DNA of 44,645 nt from Octopus bimaculoides (GCF_001194135.2 NC_068990.1:80463640-80508284); one strand, 5' to 3'; shown: positions 22,991-35,900, counted from the first letter of the stretch. A program made the numbers and translations. Notes: generated from the sequence alone by a model not told the origin.

Positions 22991-25434
22991 ATCCCCCACT
23001 GATTAATCGCATCTATTTCAGCCACTTTTTTGTATTTCTTTCTTTCTTATTTTTGTTTATTTTACTTTCAGTCGAACATCTTTTATCACTTTTCATTCAC
23101 CTCTATTTTATTCCCTCTTCCACCTGAAGATTTTCTTCACCCTAAACTCTTCTTCTACCATTCAATACACCTACACTAAAATATATTTATGACGCCATTT
23201 CCACCGAACAGTAAAAAGATGAATAACTTCGGTGACAAATAATGTTTAGCATTTTTTCTCTTCACCTGTCTTTATTTTAACTCAGAACTGCAAATCACAT
23301 ACACATTGATTGAATTATCTAATAACATTGTGACCCCTGTCAAAGAATTGTCCACATTAGTTCTCCTATACTCATTTCTTATCAAACAGGAAAAGAGAAA
23401 GTGAAGGTTCAAGTGTCACACATAAGAACACAGTAACACTTGATTGAAATTTGAATTTATCAAACAAGTGGTCGATAACATAAGAAACGACACGCTAGGA
23501 ATCAACTGTTAAAATTAGTTGAGGAAGTAAAGTGAGAAAAAAGAAATACAAAAATTCACAAGAAGGACATAGATGTAAAATGGAAAGTCGTATATAAATG
23601 TTATAGATAATTAGAAATATTCTATTATGGATAAATTCTCAGAGAATAGTGTATCCAACGTAGATTTCCTAACTCCTTTTTTTCCATATGACCACACTGC
23701 CCACCAACGACATGCTAGATTCAAATTACCGTCTGTTTATTGCTGTGGCTGCTGTTTAGCCCGCTGGTCAACCCTTATCGTAGAAACCTATTATCAAAAG
23801 CATTTCAAACAATGACCGTATCGTATAATTTAATCACAATGGTCCCTACGAATACACAGACCAATATGACCTTCTTATTATAGGAGAGCGTGTTAGTGTT
23901 TGAAGAAGAGTTGTCTACTATTATCTCTCATTAACGCACCCTCATTAAATGCAATAAGTTGCATTTCTATCCTGTGGGAGATCGTTCTCATACGCTTATA
24001 CCTCGCAAAGATTTGACGAGATGTATTAGGGTTCCAAATACCCAACTACCCTGCGCGGAGATTTCATCCTATAATTTTCAATAATGGTATTTTAATGGCA
24101 TGTCGAAAAAGATTGTAGCATTTCATCGTTTGCCTAATTCTTAAACAAGTTTATGTCAATTTGGAAAGAACTACATTCTTATTTCTTAATATGCAATAAA
24201 ATGATAATTTGTTAACGATCAGTGTATAGAATATAGAGTTATTTAAATGAACACAAAAATATAATGTTATTATAAATAATATAGAACGTAGGAAACTAAC
24301 AGAATAATGCCGTGTGAGATTTGTCCGGTTCTCTATTTTCTGATTTCAAATATTGCCGAGTACCCTTTTGTTTTTACACCTTTCAAGATCTATAAAAGAG
24401 CTTACCATTCAAATGTTGATGTCTATGGAATCGACATAATTACGGATTATTGACTTTGTACCTCAATTAGAAGCCATTATATGAAATGAATTGTAATTCT
24501 TCCTCTTCCCGACACTCCACATATTTCTCTCACTCTGTCTCTCTCCCTTTACCTTGCATTCTCTCCTCAAAGTTTTATGCGTGCATGTATGTGTGTGTTA
24601 AACACAGAATCGAAATCTTATTTCACGGTAAGTCCCATATCATGTGTCCACGGAACACGTTCCTCACTTGGCTTAATATATCTGGGTTTATTGCATCGTT
24701 CCACGCCCACAAGGAAGCAGTGCATCTCGAAAATGAAACAATTGTTGTAATATAAAATATTTTGTTGGTACATTCCGTCTTCTCTTTTTATCTTCGATAC
24801 AAGTATATATAAGCGAGCGCGCGCATGTATGTGTGCGTGTGTGTATGGTGCCCCAGCATGGCTGTAGTCAAATGAATGAAACAGGTAAAAGAATAAAAGA
24901 ATAGATATATCGTTGCTATTATATAAAAGTGACGCAAGTCCAAAACGTTGCTTTTTCAGAAAGTGAAGAAATAGTTTCGCCATTCCATAACAAAATCGTT
25001 GTACTACACTTTGCCAATTTTTGATATCTTGACATCTGAAGCAGCTGGAGATATGATAGTTTGACTAAATGAACCGGCTATTGCAAGCAAAAATAAATAT
25101 TGAAAAAAAAAAAAAGGCATTTGGCCAAATTTGGACATACGAGTTAATAGCAACAACGATATGTATAAGTAACTATATGTATGTGTGTATGTATGTGTGT
25201 ATATGTTTTGACAAACTGGATTATTAGCAAATGTTTAAAGGTTTCGTGCAGTTGGTTAAACACTGACGTATATAACAGTCATATCCTTATACTCATAATT
25301 ACGGTTCGCCAACGGAAAGCCAAGCGATATTGAGATTTGACAAAATATGCGATAACTAGCATCCATGTCGACCACGAACAAATATGCATGTATGCATGTG
25401 TTTGTGTGTGTGTGTGTGTGCATATATATATATA

Positions 25435-25912
25435 NNNNNNNNNNNNNNNNNNNNNNNNNNNNNNNNNNNNNNNNNNNNNNNNNNNNNNNNNNNNNNNNNN
25501 NNNNNNNNNNNNNNNNNNNNNNNNNNNNNNNNNNNNNNNNNNNNNNNNNNNNNNNNNNNNNNNNNNNNNNNNNNNNNNNNNNNNNNNNNNNNNNNNNNNN
25601 NNNNNNNNNNNNNNNNNNNNNNNNNNNNNNNNNNNNNNNNNNNNNNNNNNNNNNNNNNNNNNNNNNNNNNNNNNNNNNNNNNNNNNNNNNNNNNNNNNNN
25701 NNNNNNNNNNNNNNNNNNNNNNNNNNNNNNNNNNNNNNNNNNNNNNNNNNNNNNNNNNNNNNNNNNNNNNNNNNNNNNNNNNNNNNNNNNNNNNNNNNNN
25801 NNNNNNNNNNNNNNNNNNNNNNNNNNNNNNNNNNNNNNNNNNNNNNNNNNNNNNNNNNNNNNNNNNNNNNNNNNNNNNNNNNNNNNNNNNNNNNNNNNNN
25901 NNNNNNNNNNNN
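25435..25912. other. Assembly gap (N run)
   Basis: N run between (TA)n tracts. Confidence 1.
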
Positions 25913-25955
25913 ATATATATATATACACGAACATACATTCAAACACTCACACACT

Positions 25956-26041
<86 letters not shown>

Positions 26042-26620
26042 TATACATACATACATAAGCACATAAACTTGTTTACACTTGTAAATAATTACATGTACAC
26101 ATAAATATAATCATATGCAAATATACGTCTGTATGAATACACGAGATTTGGAAAACGTTGATAAGATGTCCTATGGAATACATCTGAACTCAATTTATTT
26201 CATGCTCAATAATACGTTGCCTATCTACCTTTTCCAAGAACAAAAGCATAACAGAAATGTATTATTTGAGTAAATAATTAGCTATAAATTGTTGCAACTT
26301 GAAGTTAAATATCTTTCTTATATCGCTTTTATTTCTATGTAATTTTAATTTAAAATCAGGGTTCTTTACTAAATTATCTGACATACATATTCTTTTCTCA
26401 TACTCTGCCCCATGGCGACCAACATTTTTTTCTTGTTTATTTTTGTATCTTTACATTGTCTTTTAAGTTTCTATGGTTACGTCTAAAGATGTACAGCTAA
26501 TGCTTTGTTCATATACGTTCCAAGATAGTAACGTTTGTACGCATATTTATTCATAAACGCAGGCTAATTCCGTAACAGCTATCAACGCCACACAAGAATA
26601 TATATAAATATATATACTTT

Positions 26621-26827
26621 TCTACTCTAGGAAAAAGATTGAAGTTTGGGGGAGGGGAAAAGTTGATTAGATCGACGACAGTACGCAACTGGTACTTAAT
26701 TTATCGACCCCGAAAGGGTGAAAAGCAAAGTCGACCGCGGCGGATTTGAACTCAGAACACAAAGACAGACGAAATACCGCTAGGCATTTCGCCTGGCGTG
26801 CTAAAGTTTCTGCCGGCTTGCCGCCTT

Positions 26828-26828
<1 letters not shown>
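26621..26828 (-). mobile_element. Near full-length tRNA-derived SINE (octopus-type)
   Basis: Minus: GAAGGCGGCAAGCCGGCAGAAAC (A box), GTTCAAATCC (B box); colinear with the 39820 copy. Confidence 0.85.
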
Positions 26829-26861
<33 letters not shown>

Positions 26862-26879
26862 AGTATATATATATATATA

Positions 26880-27365
26880 NNNNNNNNNNNNNNNNNNNNN
26901 NNNNNNNNNNNNNNNNNNNNNNNNNNNNNNNNNNNNNNNNNNNNNNNNNNNNNNNNNNNNNNNNNNNNNNNNNNNNNNNNNNNNNNNNNNNNNNNNNNNN
27001 NNNNNNNNNNNNNNNNNNNNNNNNNNNNNNNNNNNNNNNNNNNNNNNNNNNNNNNNNNNNNNNNNNNNNNNNNNNNNNNNNNNNNNNNNNNNNNNNNNNN
27101 NNNNNNNNNNNNNNNNNNNNNNNNNNNNNNNNNNNNNNNNNNNNNNNNNNNNNNNNNNNNNNNNNNNNNNNNNNNNNNNNNNNNNNNNNNNNNNNNNNNN
27201 NNNNNNNNNNNNNNNNNNNNNNNNNNNNNNNNNNNNNNNNNNNNNNNNNNNNNNNNNNNNNNNNNNNNNNNNNNNNNNNNNNNNNNNNNNNNNNNNNNNN
27301 NNNNNNNNNNNNNNNNNNNNNNNNNNNNNNNNNNNNNNNNNNNNNNNNNNNNNNNNNNNNNNNNN
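26880..27365. other. Assembly gap (N run)
   Basis: N run. Confidence 1.
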
Positions 27366-27512
27366 GACCCCTGTTGTACTCTTTCGCCCTAACTTTCTCT
27401 CACTCTTTCTTCCTGTTTCTTGAGCAACGCTGCGATGGACTGGCGTCCCGTCCAGCTGGAGGGGGTCCCATACGCCATAGAAACCGGGCCCATGAGCCTG
27501 GCTAAGCTTGAA
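27366..27512 (+). mobile_element. SINE 3-prime part with a V-SINE-like core
   Basis: CTGCGATGGACTGGCGTCCCGTCCAG resembles the V-SINE central domain (from recall); 5-prime end lost in the gap. Confidence 0.5.
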
Positions 27513-29508
27513 AAGGGCGAGAAAAAATAAATATATGTGTGTGTGTGTGGGGGGGGGGCGTGTATGTATATATGTGTGAGAGGCTGTGTATAAATATGCA
27601 ACTTATTTATCATATACCTACCTGAAATATATATCTAGAATTATGCGTACTTACTGTCACACATAAGCACACATAAGACGCACACATCAACATTTAATCC
27701 TCTACATTCATCATGTTTTACATCTATTTCTTTTCTAATCCATCAAATTCTTGTGCTCACAATCTCACCCGAAAATACCTTTTACTATGCTTCACACTCA
27801 CCGTTCCATATCTTTGTAAGATCCCCTACCCATTCATATCTTTATGACTTTCTTCTGTAACAAGTTATCAACTCACTTCCATTTGCTTCAAGATACGCTC
27901 TGTTCTCATATCTCTGATCAGTTTATACAGAGGCACGCCACTCTTTCTCTCTCAGTCTCTTTTCCTATGATCTTCTACTCTCTCATATCGCTCTATCATT
28001 CTCTACACATCGCCTTCATATCTTTTTATTCTCTTTCATTTTATCACGTGCATCTCTCTGCATATAAGCTACTTTAACCTCTACCATGTCTATATATATT
28101 TGATTAAGCAACGTTAATCAAATGTGTAGCCTTACATACACCTCTAAATGTCTGTCTTTTATTGTTAAGTACAAGATCTGTTAGATTATCTGTTTAACAT
28201 TCTCTTTTACTTTAAACTTTAAGTCAGTAATTTCCTAAGTCTGATAGATAAATATTTCCCCATTACAAAAAAAAAAAAAAAATGTTGTAAACACTTGTAC
28301 TAGAATGTTCTAAAAGTATGTTACTCTTGTGCCATAAATAAGCCACCTAAATTAACGCAGAAACTCAAACGCATTCCTTATTCGGCCGATAACGCAATGC
28401 AGAGATATTAACTAATTAAGTAGAAATCAACTCCACTAAATTTAACCGCAGCATTGAGCATAAAACCGACATTGTTATGATATTGTGTCAACATAATGTG
28501 TCACCATAATTAGCAATATTTCAACAACTGAAATCAATGAACAACAAAATTATAACTTTACCTCTAATACTTAAATGATAATGATAATGACACGGGTAGC
28601 AATTAGAAGAAACCAGGAAAAGAATTGGCTACACATTTAGGGGTCTAAAAAGTAGAATAGCTATAGATATTTTATATGATGTATTTGTTAATATACATCA
28701 CAAATTCAAGTTATAATTTATACATACCATTTTAATGTTTACGAAGCACGGTCAGATTAACATTAAACATTTCATACGCACATTTTTATTAGTTTAGTGT
28801 ACGATGTACATACACCACAGTACCCAGAACACTCTCTCAATGTGAGACTTCCACCTAGAACTTTCACAACTTTCTCAGCCAGTCTTATAAACGATCTCAG
28901 CAAGAGATTACAAGTAGAGTAAAAAAAAAAGTCAGTTGATAACTTTTTTTCTAAGTAAATAATTTTGCATAATATAAAGAAAATGACAGCAGTGTGTGTG
29001 TGTGTGTGTGTGTGTAAATATATAGTTTAATACCAGTTTGACTCAAGTAATTCCTGCTAAATGTACTGCTAAAGATCTTGTAAAATCTCTGTTACTTTTC
29101 ATTTTTTTGGACTCCTATATGTAAATATATATGTTTATACATGTGTGTGATTGTATTTACCTGCGAGTATGTATGGTGTACTTATCTATAAACATTTTCC
29201 GTAACAAACTTAGATTTATATAATTGAATTTTGATATTTATGTAAACTTAGGTTTATTTAATGAATGGATAGATGTAAACTCTATTATGAAATATTCAGT
29301 GAAATCAGAGAATTGGCAGAATTCATGTGCGGGAACAAAATGCCTTGCGGTATTTATTTATTTATTTATTTATTTATTTTTTGTCTTTAATTTCGAAATT
29401 GTAAACCATTAGGTTTAACGTTGCTTCCATCTTTATATGTCGATAAAATAAAGTCCTTCTATATAATACGGCAATAAGACGGAGTGACAGCTGAGGCGTA
29501 GTCACAAT

Positions 29509-29680
29509 CTCCGCCGCCTCTGCCACCGCCGTCTCTGCCGGCGCCGTCTCTGCCGGCGCCGTCTCTGCCGGCGCCGNNNNNNNNNNTGCCGGCGCCGTCT
29601 CTGCCGGCGCCGTCTCTGCCGGCGCCGTCTCTGCCGCCGCCGTCTCTGCCGCCGCCGTCTCTGCCGCCGCCGTCACTGCC
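29509..29680. repeat. GC-rich 15-bp minisatellite (TCTGCCG[C/G]CGCCGTC)n with internal 10-N gap
   Basis: Direct reading; about 11 units visible. Confidence 0.95.
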
Positions 29681-30390
29681 GTGATTCGAGGTCAGGTTCG
29701 AGATCCACCTGCTGACAACCTTCACTAGATTCCCGAACAGGATAGGCTGGTAGGAGAGGGCTGTGTTGATGTAGGACAGCCTCTCATATGGTTTGTAGTA
29801 GAGCCTATATGAACCGGAGCCCAGGTCTAGCGTGGCCTCTCGGAAGTTTACGGTGAAATGGTTGGTCTGAATAGTTATTTTGAATTTCATAGAGCTTACT
29901 GCATTAGTCAGCTCCTTCCAAAGTCCATCAAAGTGTGCCCGTTGACTTCTCTAGAAATGACCAGAGTAGTATCTCTGTAAAACCAAGGAGGATTGACAGA
30001 AATCTTTTCACTAAGGTATCCAGGATTGACGGAAATCTCTTCACTGATTGCTTGACACAGGTCGAACCTTTATTAAAGAAGCCCTTTTTTCTGGCGTGCA
30101 TGATGGTGTCCATGTCTCTATCGCTAATATGAGGGAAGTCCTTAACATAGGAAAGTGCCTTGATCATAACCCTTTCGATATACTCAGGTAAATGTTGACT
30201 ATATCGAATTGGATGAACATTGCTCTACCTCTAACCTACGTTACCATTAAACCAAAAAATTCACCACATTGGTGCCGTGCCACAGGGAGGCACCTTCTTA
30301 TGTCATCATTTATCTTCCTTAATATATATGTGTTCGCCAGACCAGTGTTGGATTTGGTCAGCTGGATCAGGCAGCATTTTGAGTTATATG
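29681..30390 (-). mobile_element. Penelope-like element reverse transcriptase remnant
   Basis: KCCLIQLTKS..RKINDDIRR; MFIQFDIVNIYLSIS; KALSYVK..ISDRDMDTIMHARK; KITIQTNHFTVNFREATLDL..YKP..YIN..SRWISNLTSN, matching PLE RT FDIVDFYPSIS and KITIEAN..VNFLDVTLDL; stops and frameshifts. Confidence 0.85.
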
Positions 30391-30493
30391 CATATGTATA
30401 GACGTATACAAGATCACACATATACCTGTACATATGTGTGTGCTTATGTATTTATGTATGTATGCATTTATTTATCTATTTATTCATTTATGC

Positions 30494-30552
30494 ATGTATG
30501 TATGTATGTATGTATGTATGTATGTATGTATATATGTATGTATGTATGTATG
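30494..30552. repeat. (TATG)n microsatellite
   Basis: Direct reading. Confidence 0.9.
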
Positions 30553-31145
30553 AAAATTTGCTGGCATGCGCACAGTGTTTACGTCTGTTCTGTATTTTCT
30601 CAGTTTCTGCAATATGTTTCCAATATAATTCATAAAGTTGAAGTACGCTATAGTTGTGCGTATGTGTTTATCTCGAGGTGTATATATGTGTCTGTGTGTA
30701 TATCTTTGTGTTTGATGGAAGGAAAGTAAAATGGAGATTGAGAGAGATGGAGAGAGGTTACGAACACAATGCATATTAAGTAAAGAACTTCATTCCTATA
30801 CATACACTATAGCTAATATCTTTGTCCACTGAGACCAATGTTGAAAAATTGCAGGAACATTTTCGATGGTGATATCAAAGAACTAATATCGCCGAATCTC
30901 GAGAATGTATTCCAAACGATCAAAGAATCCTTGGAAGAAATTCTAAACCCTCCAAGAATTTGGATATTTATTGAGAGTAAAAAAGGATATCACACTGTTT
31001 CTTGACTTTTGATATCATTTTGCTCTATGGGAAGCCATTGTTTTTGTTAATAATAAAGTCGTCAGCTTTAGATGGAAATATATTATATCTTGAATTACAT
31101 AAGAATTAGGGCAGATTGAAGTAAGACGAAAATATTTCAACGTAT

Positions 31146-31312
31146 AGGTAGGCATCGTTGAGTAGTTAAGATGTTCTGTTTGAAAGTAGACGGATTCCGG
31201 CTCAGTCGCATCGGGTGGTACATTGAACAGGTGTCTCCTGGTATAGCTCCGGACTGACCAATACCACGTGAGTGAATTTGGTAGACAGAAACAATAGGAG
31301 CCCGTGTGTATG
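31146..31312 (+). mobile_element. Second SINE family copy (CORE-like)
   Basis: CAGTCGCATCGGGTGGTACATTGAACAGGTGTCTCCTGGTATAG..GTGAGTGAATTTGGTAGACAGAAAC; related by reverse complement to 33735-33810. Confidence 0.6.
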
Positions 31313-31323
31313 TATATGTGTAT

Positions 31324-31454
31324 NNNNNNNNNNNNNNNNNNNNNNNNNNNNNNNNNNNNNNNNNNNNNNNNNNNNNNNNNNNNNNNNNNNNNNNNNNNNN
31401 NNNNNNNNNNNNNNNNNNNNNNNNNNNNNNNNNNNNNNNNNNNNNNNNNNNNNN
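31324..31454. other. Assembly gap (N run)
   Basis: N run. Confidence 1.
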
Positions 31455-31491
<37 letters not shown>

Positions 31492-31568
31492 TACATATGT
31501 ACATGTGTGTGTCTACAGATGCACAAACTTGCATCAACATACATATGCACGCAAAACTATGTGAGTGT

Positions 31569-32249
31569 GTGTGCACACCCACATATAGAACTATATACTT
31601 GCACATGCCGCCTCTTCCTACTCCCCGCCAACAACATGACCGATTTTCAATTGCCACGTGCTCTATTTCTTGTCCTCCACGTGGTCAACTTCTTGTACGC
31701 CATCCAGTATATTACAACTAACTGTTACTCATATATCAACATCAAATCACGACCGCGCGTGAGCTTCCTCGACCAATCGCAGCTTAGCTTACAGTAATAC
31801 ATAACAGCTAAGCAAGTTTGGAGAGTACATCAGCCGAAACGTTGTGGTAACCTTGTTTGTTGTTACCATGTGTGCATATGCGTGTATATGTGTGCGCGTG
31901 TTCGTTCAAACGTGCGTGTGTGTGTGCGCGCAGACGTGCGCAGGGGCGCCCATGCACAAATGCGCACACTCGCATGGATATATATACACATGGATGCAAA
32001 GCTAATGAGCGCGTGTTCACACCTCATATAAAACTATATACTTGTACATGCGGACTTTTTTTACTACTCCACCCCACAACATCCTGAGCGATTTCTAATC
32101 ACCACGTGTTCTACTTCCTGTCCTCCACCTGGTCAACTTCCTGTTCGCCATGCGGTATTTTACAAGTAAGTGTTACCCGTATACCAATATCAAACCACGA
32201 CACCGCGTGACATTCGTCGACCAATCGCAGCCCACCTTACGGTAATAAC
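31569..32249 (+). repeat. Diverged direct tandem duplication (two ~235-bp copies, ~445-bp period)
   Basis: 31636-31797 aligns without gaps to 32084-32245 with 31 mismatches in 162 nt (hand count). Confidence 0.9.
32027..32171 (+). promoter_or_regulatory. Candidate TATA promoter plus first exon (ATG 32150, donor GTAAGT 32166)
   Basis: TATAAAA 32027-32033, CACGTG, two ACTTCCTG ETS-type sites, gccATG, CAA|GTAAGT; CCAAT at 32221. Confidence 0.3.
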
Positions 32250-32599
32250 AATCTACTTCTTTCATTCAAATTCAAAATGGCTGACAAATAGCATCACGCT
32301 TGAAACTCAAGAGTACTGACGAATCTGATCCTTATATATACACATATACATACATACATACATACATACATACAAACATACATACATACATGCAATATAT
32401 ATATATTGTAGGACAAAGATAAATTTAACTGATATTCAGCACAAGCATATTGTATCAAATTGTAGAGTGATGCGAAATATAATTTTTTTCAAATATTCTT
32501 TTAAAATTACAATAAAAGATTGGTTGTGTTAATAATTGTATATTCTGTGTCATGTCCATATAGATTTAGCTTAATTCGCAGAAGAACAAATCTTCAAAA

Positions 32600-32938
32600 T
32601 TCACTAAACACTTCTTTTACCCCGAACTTTTGGTGAGAATTCATTATTATGTGCGGAATGTAGTTGAGCGTGAGACTAACAAAATATCTTGAATACCGTA
32701 GATGAACTGAAGGCTAGTATTATGGCAGCAAACAAGAAGACCGTCCAAAAAGTTGCAGGAAATTCCGAAATCGTGTCGAGGCCATGTTTGAAGCCAATAG
32801 CGATTTTATTGAATAAATTGACTAATTTCAAGATATTGTTATGTAATCTTGATAAGTATATTTGTTAAAATGAAGTGTGAGTTTCTTTTTTTCATTTTTG
32901 CGTAATTTAGACGACAGTTTATTCACTGCACCCTGTTC
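32600..32938 (+). mobile_element. Tc1/mariner (DD37D/maT-like) 3-prime remnant with right TIR
   Basis: YYVRNVVERETNK..NTVDELKASIMA..KFRNRVEAMFEANSDFIE*; ends in CACCCTG (32930-32936). Confidence 0.75.
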
Positions 32939-33311
32939 ATACGCAAATGTCGAACGAAGAGAATGAGTGCTCAATAGTGCATTCGTGTATAAGATTCCTG
33001 TGTGTATAGAAGCTACCATTGGTTTCATTTAAGGAAAAAAATTATATCTTAACGATTTTTCAAGCCGATTAAACACACACACAAACAAACGCGCGCGAGA
33101 ACGCACAGACCCACACGCGTGGCGTGTTGAAAAGTCCCTGGTTTTGAGTAAAAGAAAATATAGAAGGATGGTTTAATTCTGGTTTTATTCAACATATCCA
33201 ACTCGCAGATCTGCACACTAATTTAAAGGGTTCCCTATTTTTGCCAAATTTGGGAAAAAATTGGTGGCGGTGTATTGAATAGATTTTCACCAAATTTGGC
33301 AACAATACTCA

Positions 33312-33370
33312 TAACCCAAACCCTAACTCTAAACCCCGAACTCTAACCCTAAAACCCTAAAGCTAAAACC
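33312..33370 (+). repeat. Degenerate telomere-like (CCCTAA)n tract
   Basis: AACCCAAACCCTAACTCTAAACCCCGAACTCTAACCCTAAAACCCTAA. Confidence 0.6.
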
Positions 33371-33734
33371 AGTACAAACGCACGAACGATGTCATAAACA
33401 ACAGTACCGCCGATAGTTGTTGTTGACAAACAACGGCACTAATTTTATTCAAGGGAAAAGATCCCATTACACCGCCACAGCGTGTTGTTGCCAATCCACA
33501 ACAGTAATTGTTTTCATCTCAATAGACGTCAGTGATTGGTTGAAATTACTGAAATACGACAGTTTTAACACGAAATAGCTTTTTAAATATAAACTTTTCT
33601 CAACAGCACTAAGAGTAAAATATGTTTTATATGACACATTCTACCAGTGTCCCAAGTTTGAAAGTGTTTCGTTAGAAAACAATTGGTGTCCGCCAAATCA
33701 GAAAGATCCTATATATATATATATATATATGCTA

Positions 33735-33810
33735 TTAGTCAGCCCAAGGTTAGACTAGAAGACACTTGCCCAAGTTGTCACATAGTGGGACTGAAACCGG
33801 AAACATGCGC
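33735..33810 (-). mobile_element. CORE-like SINE fragment
   Basis: TAGAAGACACTTGCCCAAG..AGTGGGACTGAAACCGGAA. Confidence 0.6.
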
Positions 33811-33817
33811 CTATATA

Positions 33818-33877
<60 letters not shown>

Positions 33878-35504
33878 TATACGTGTACAGATACTTAAAT
33901 GAATGATATATGTATGCGTGTTTGAATATAAGTGTGCGTGTGGGCATGGTTCTTTTCATAAACTAATTATTTCTCTAAATAAATCAAGAGCGATCTTCAA
34001 ACGAAATATTTTTCTATTAGACTTCACGGTCAATATTGGCCAATTCTATGTAGACTTTCCTGCATCTAAAAAAAAAAACCACCTTTTGATGAATATTTAT
34101 TAAAATGCCATTATAAAAACAATTTATCTTCATGTATATGCCTGGAGATGTTTTTAATTTTTATATTTATATTGCATTGTATTGAACAGATAAACGCTGG
34201 CTCACACATATACACACGGATCCACATATATGCATACATGTCACTTTTTATGTATGTGTGTACATGTAATCTGCATGTATATCATGTTTTAAAAAGAAAA
34301 AACAATATGAATTTTGAATATTAATGTATAATTTTAAAGCTTTTTCTGCGGAAATTTCAGCAGATGTAAATACATATTATTCTATTCGTACAGTTAAAAT
34401 TAAAGGGATTTATTTTGGCGTAATATTTGTTAACTATTTAGCATAAAGCATACGGAGAGAATTTATAGCAAGTCGTTGCTGTAAACTGATCTTAAATTAG
34501 TTTTCACTTTTAATGGCAATACTAATTCGTACATGTTTCTTTCGTCACCATATCTGAATAATTGATGATTATTTATGTACAATACCGCGTGTATTAGAGA
34601 ATATATTGTAAAATTAAACTAAACTACAGTTTTTAAAACCGTTCGCTCTGAAATGATAGATTTGAATTTATCTTGTTTCACCCAAAATGCGAAGGAGATT
34701 GAACAAAAATGCGAAGGAGATTGCACAAAAATGCGTAGGAGATTGCCTAGACGTATTTCACAGCTCGTTGAATACTCATCAAAAGACGAGTAGCTAGAGA
34801 ATGTTCCTTGGCCATAATGTTATGTTATCACACTTATACATGCACGCTTTTGTACATCTAAAACGTTCTGGTAAGAACGAACATGTCTATGATCTGTGAA
34901 GCGGATGTAATAAATTCGGGCAAAATGTGATCTAAGTCGTCACTATACTTGTCGAAGAGGTGATTAACTTGATATAAGTCCTTGTGCTAAAATCTTTGAC
35001 ATCTCAGCACATGTGCGATCGAAATTTAATGAACAATAGGAATCTTGCTACTAAAGGCCTTGCAAAGATTTAAGTAGGAAATTAATGGTTTGCAAGTCTT
35101 GATTAATAAAAAAATCTTTGCTGACTACATTATGATATCGATGTTATCGATATTGTGTAATCTGTGTTATCGAAGATTAGCTAGTTTCTTTTCTATGCAA
35201 TGGTGTCCGTAGGAATTTCGTTATATTCATTAAGTTTTCGATACATTTACCAAATGTGAATATATTTTTTTTTTCAAAGTATGCGCAGTTCAAATTCTAA
35301 TTAGTTGAAATTTAGAAGTTATTATTATCCTGGCCTGGCGCGATATTTAAGCTGATGCTTTCTGCGTCTATTAGCGAAACTAGAGAAATTCACCCAATTA
35401 GAGGTTTGACATAACTACCAGTATTTGCCATCCTTCATTATTTCATCGCTTATTATGTCTATAATATATTCAAACTTCAAAAATTCGAAACTTAAATGCA
35501 TTCA

Positions 35505-35900
35505 CTTCCTCCCAGGCTTTTCTTGCACCGATCGTAATTGGTACACACCTTATCTATATCATGGATATATAAGATGCTATTTTCTCATTAGTTCTCCATA
35601 GATGTTCTATTGTTCTTCAATTTTGGACGAGATATTCACTTTTGCCGCGCAGCTTGATCTCGGTTCATGACAATTGCTCTCTGTCCCCTAGATCAATATC
35701 CGGCTTATTACGTTTAAACCGAGTTGCTACTTTTATTGGAATATGTCACTGGTGTTCCGTATTCCTAAAGAATGTACAAACTTCTTTATGTGTGTTCTGT
35801 TTTTCTTCTCTAAGCCAGAAAGTCAGTAATGACTCCTTAGATCTATCAACTAAAGGATTCCTGCTTCGGGTATTCTGAATTTGTCTCCAAGCATAGAGTT
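35505..35900 (-). mobile_element. RLE non-LTR retrotransposon (R4/Dong-like) endonuclease-domain remnant
   Basis: HKEVCTFF..EHQ*HIPIKVATRFKRNKPDIDLGDRE (cf. PIQTD..ANRPDIV..D), NISSKIEE..YGEL, PITIGA. Confidence 0.7.

Noticed and set aside
22772-23025. Poly-F, poly-R and poly-K ORFs (and poly-L/I at 16.2 and 40.7 kb)
   Set aside because: Trinucleotide microsatellite translations
26621-26828. tRNA gene call for A/B-box sequences
   Set aside because: No cloverleaf; continues into a SINE body and tail
30840-31000. Protein-like frame NIFDGDIKELISPNLENVFQTIKESLEEILNP
   Set aside because: Short, weak splice signals, no recognisable family
33115-33205. Possible mariner terminal fragment
   Set aside because: Only a loose resemblance from recall; no partner TIR or transposase adjacent
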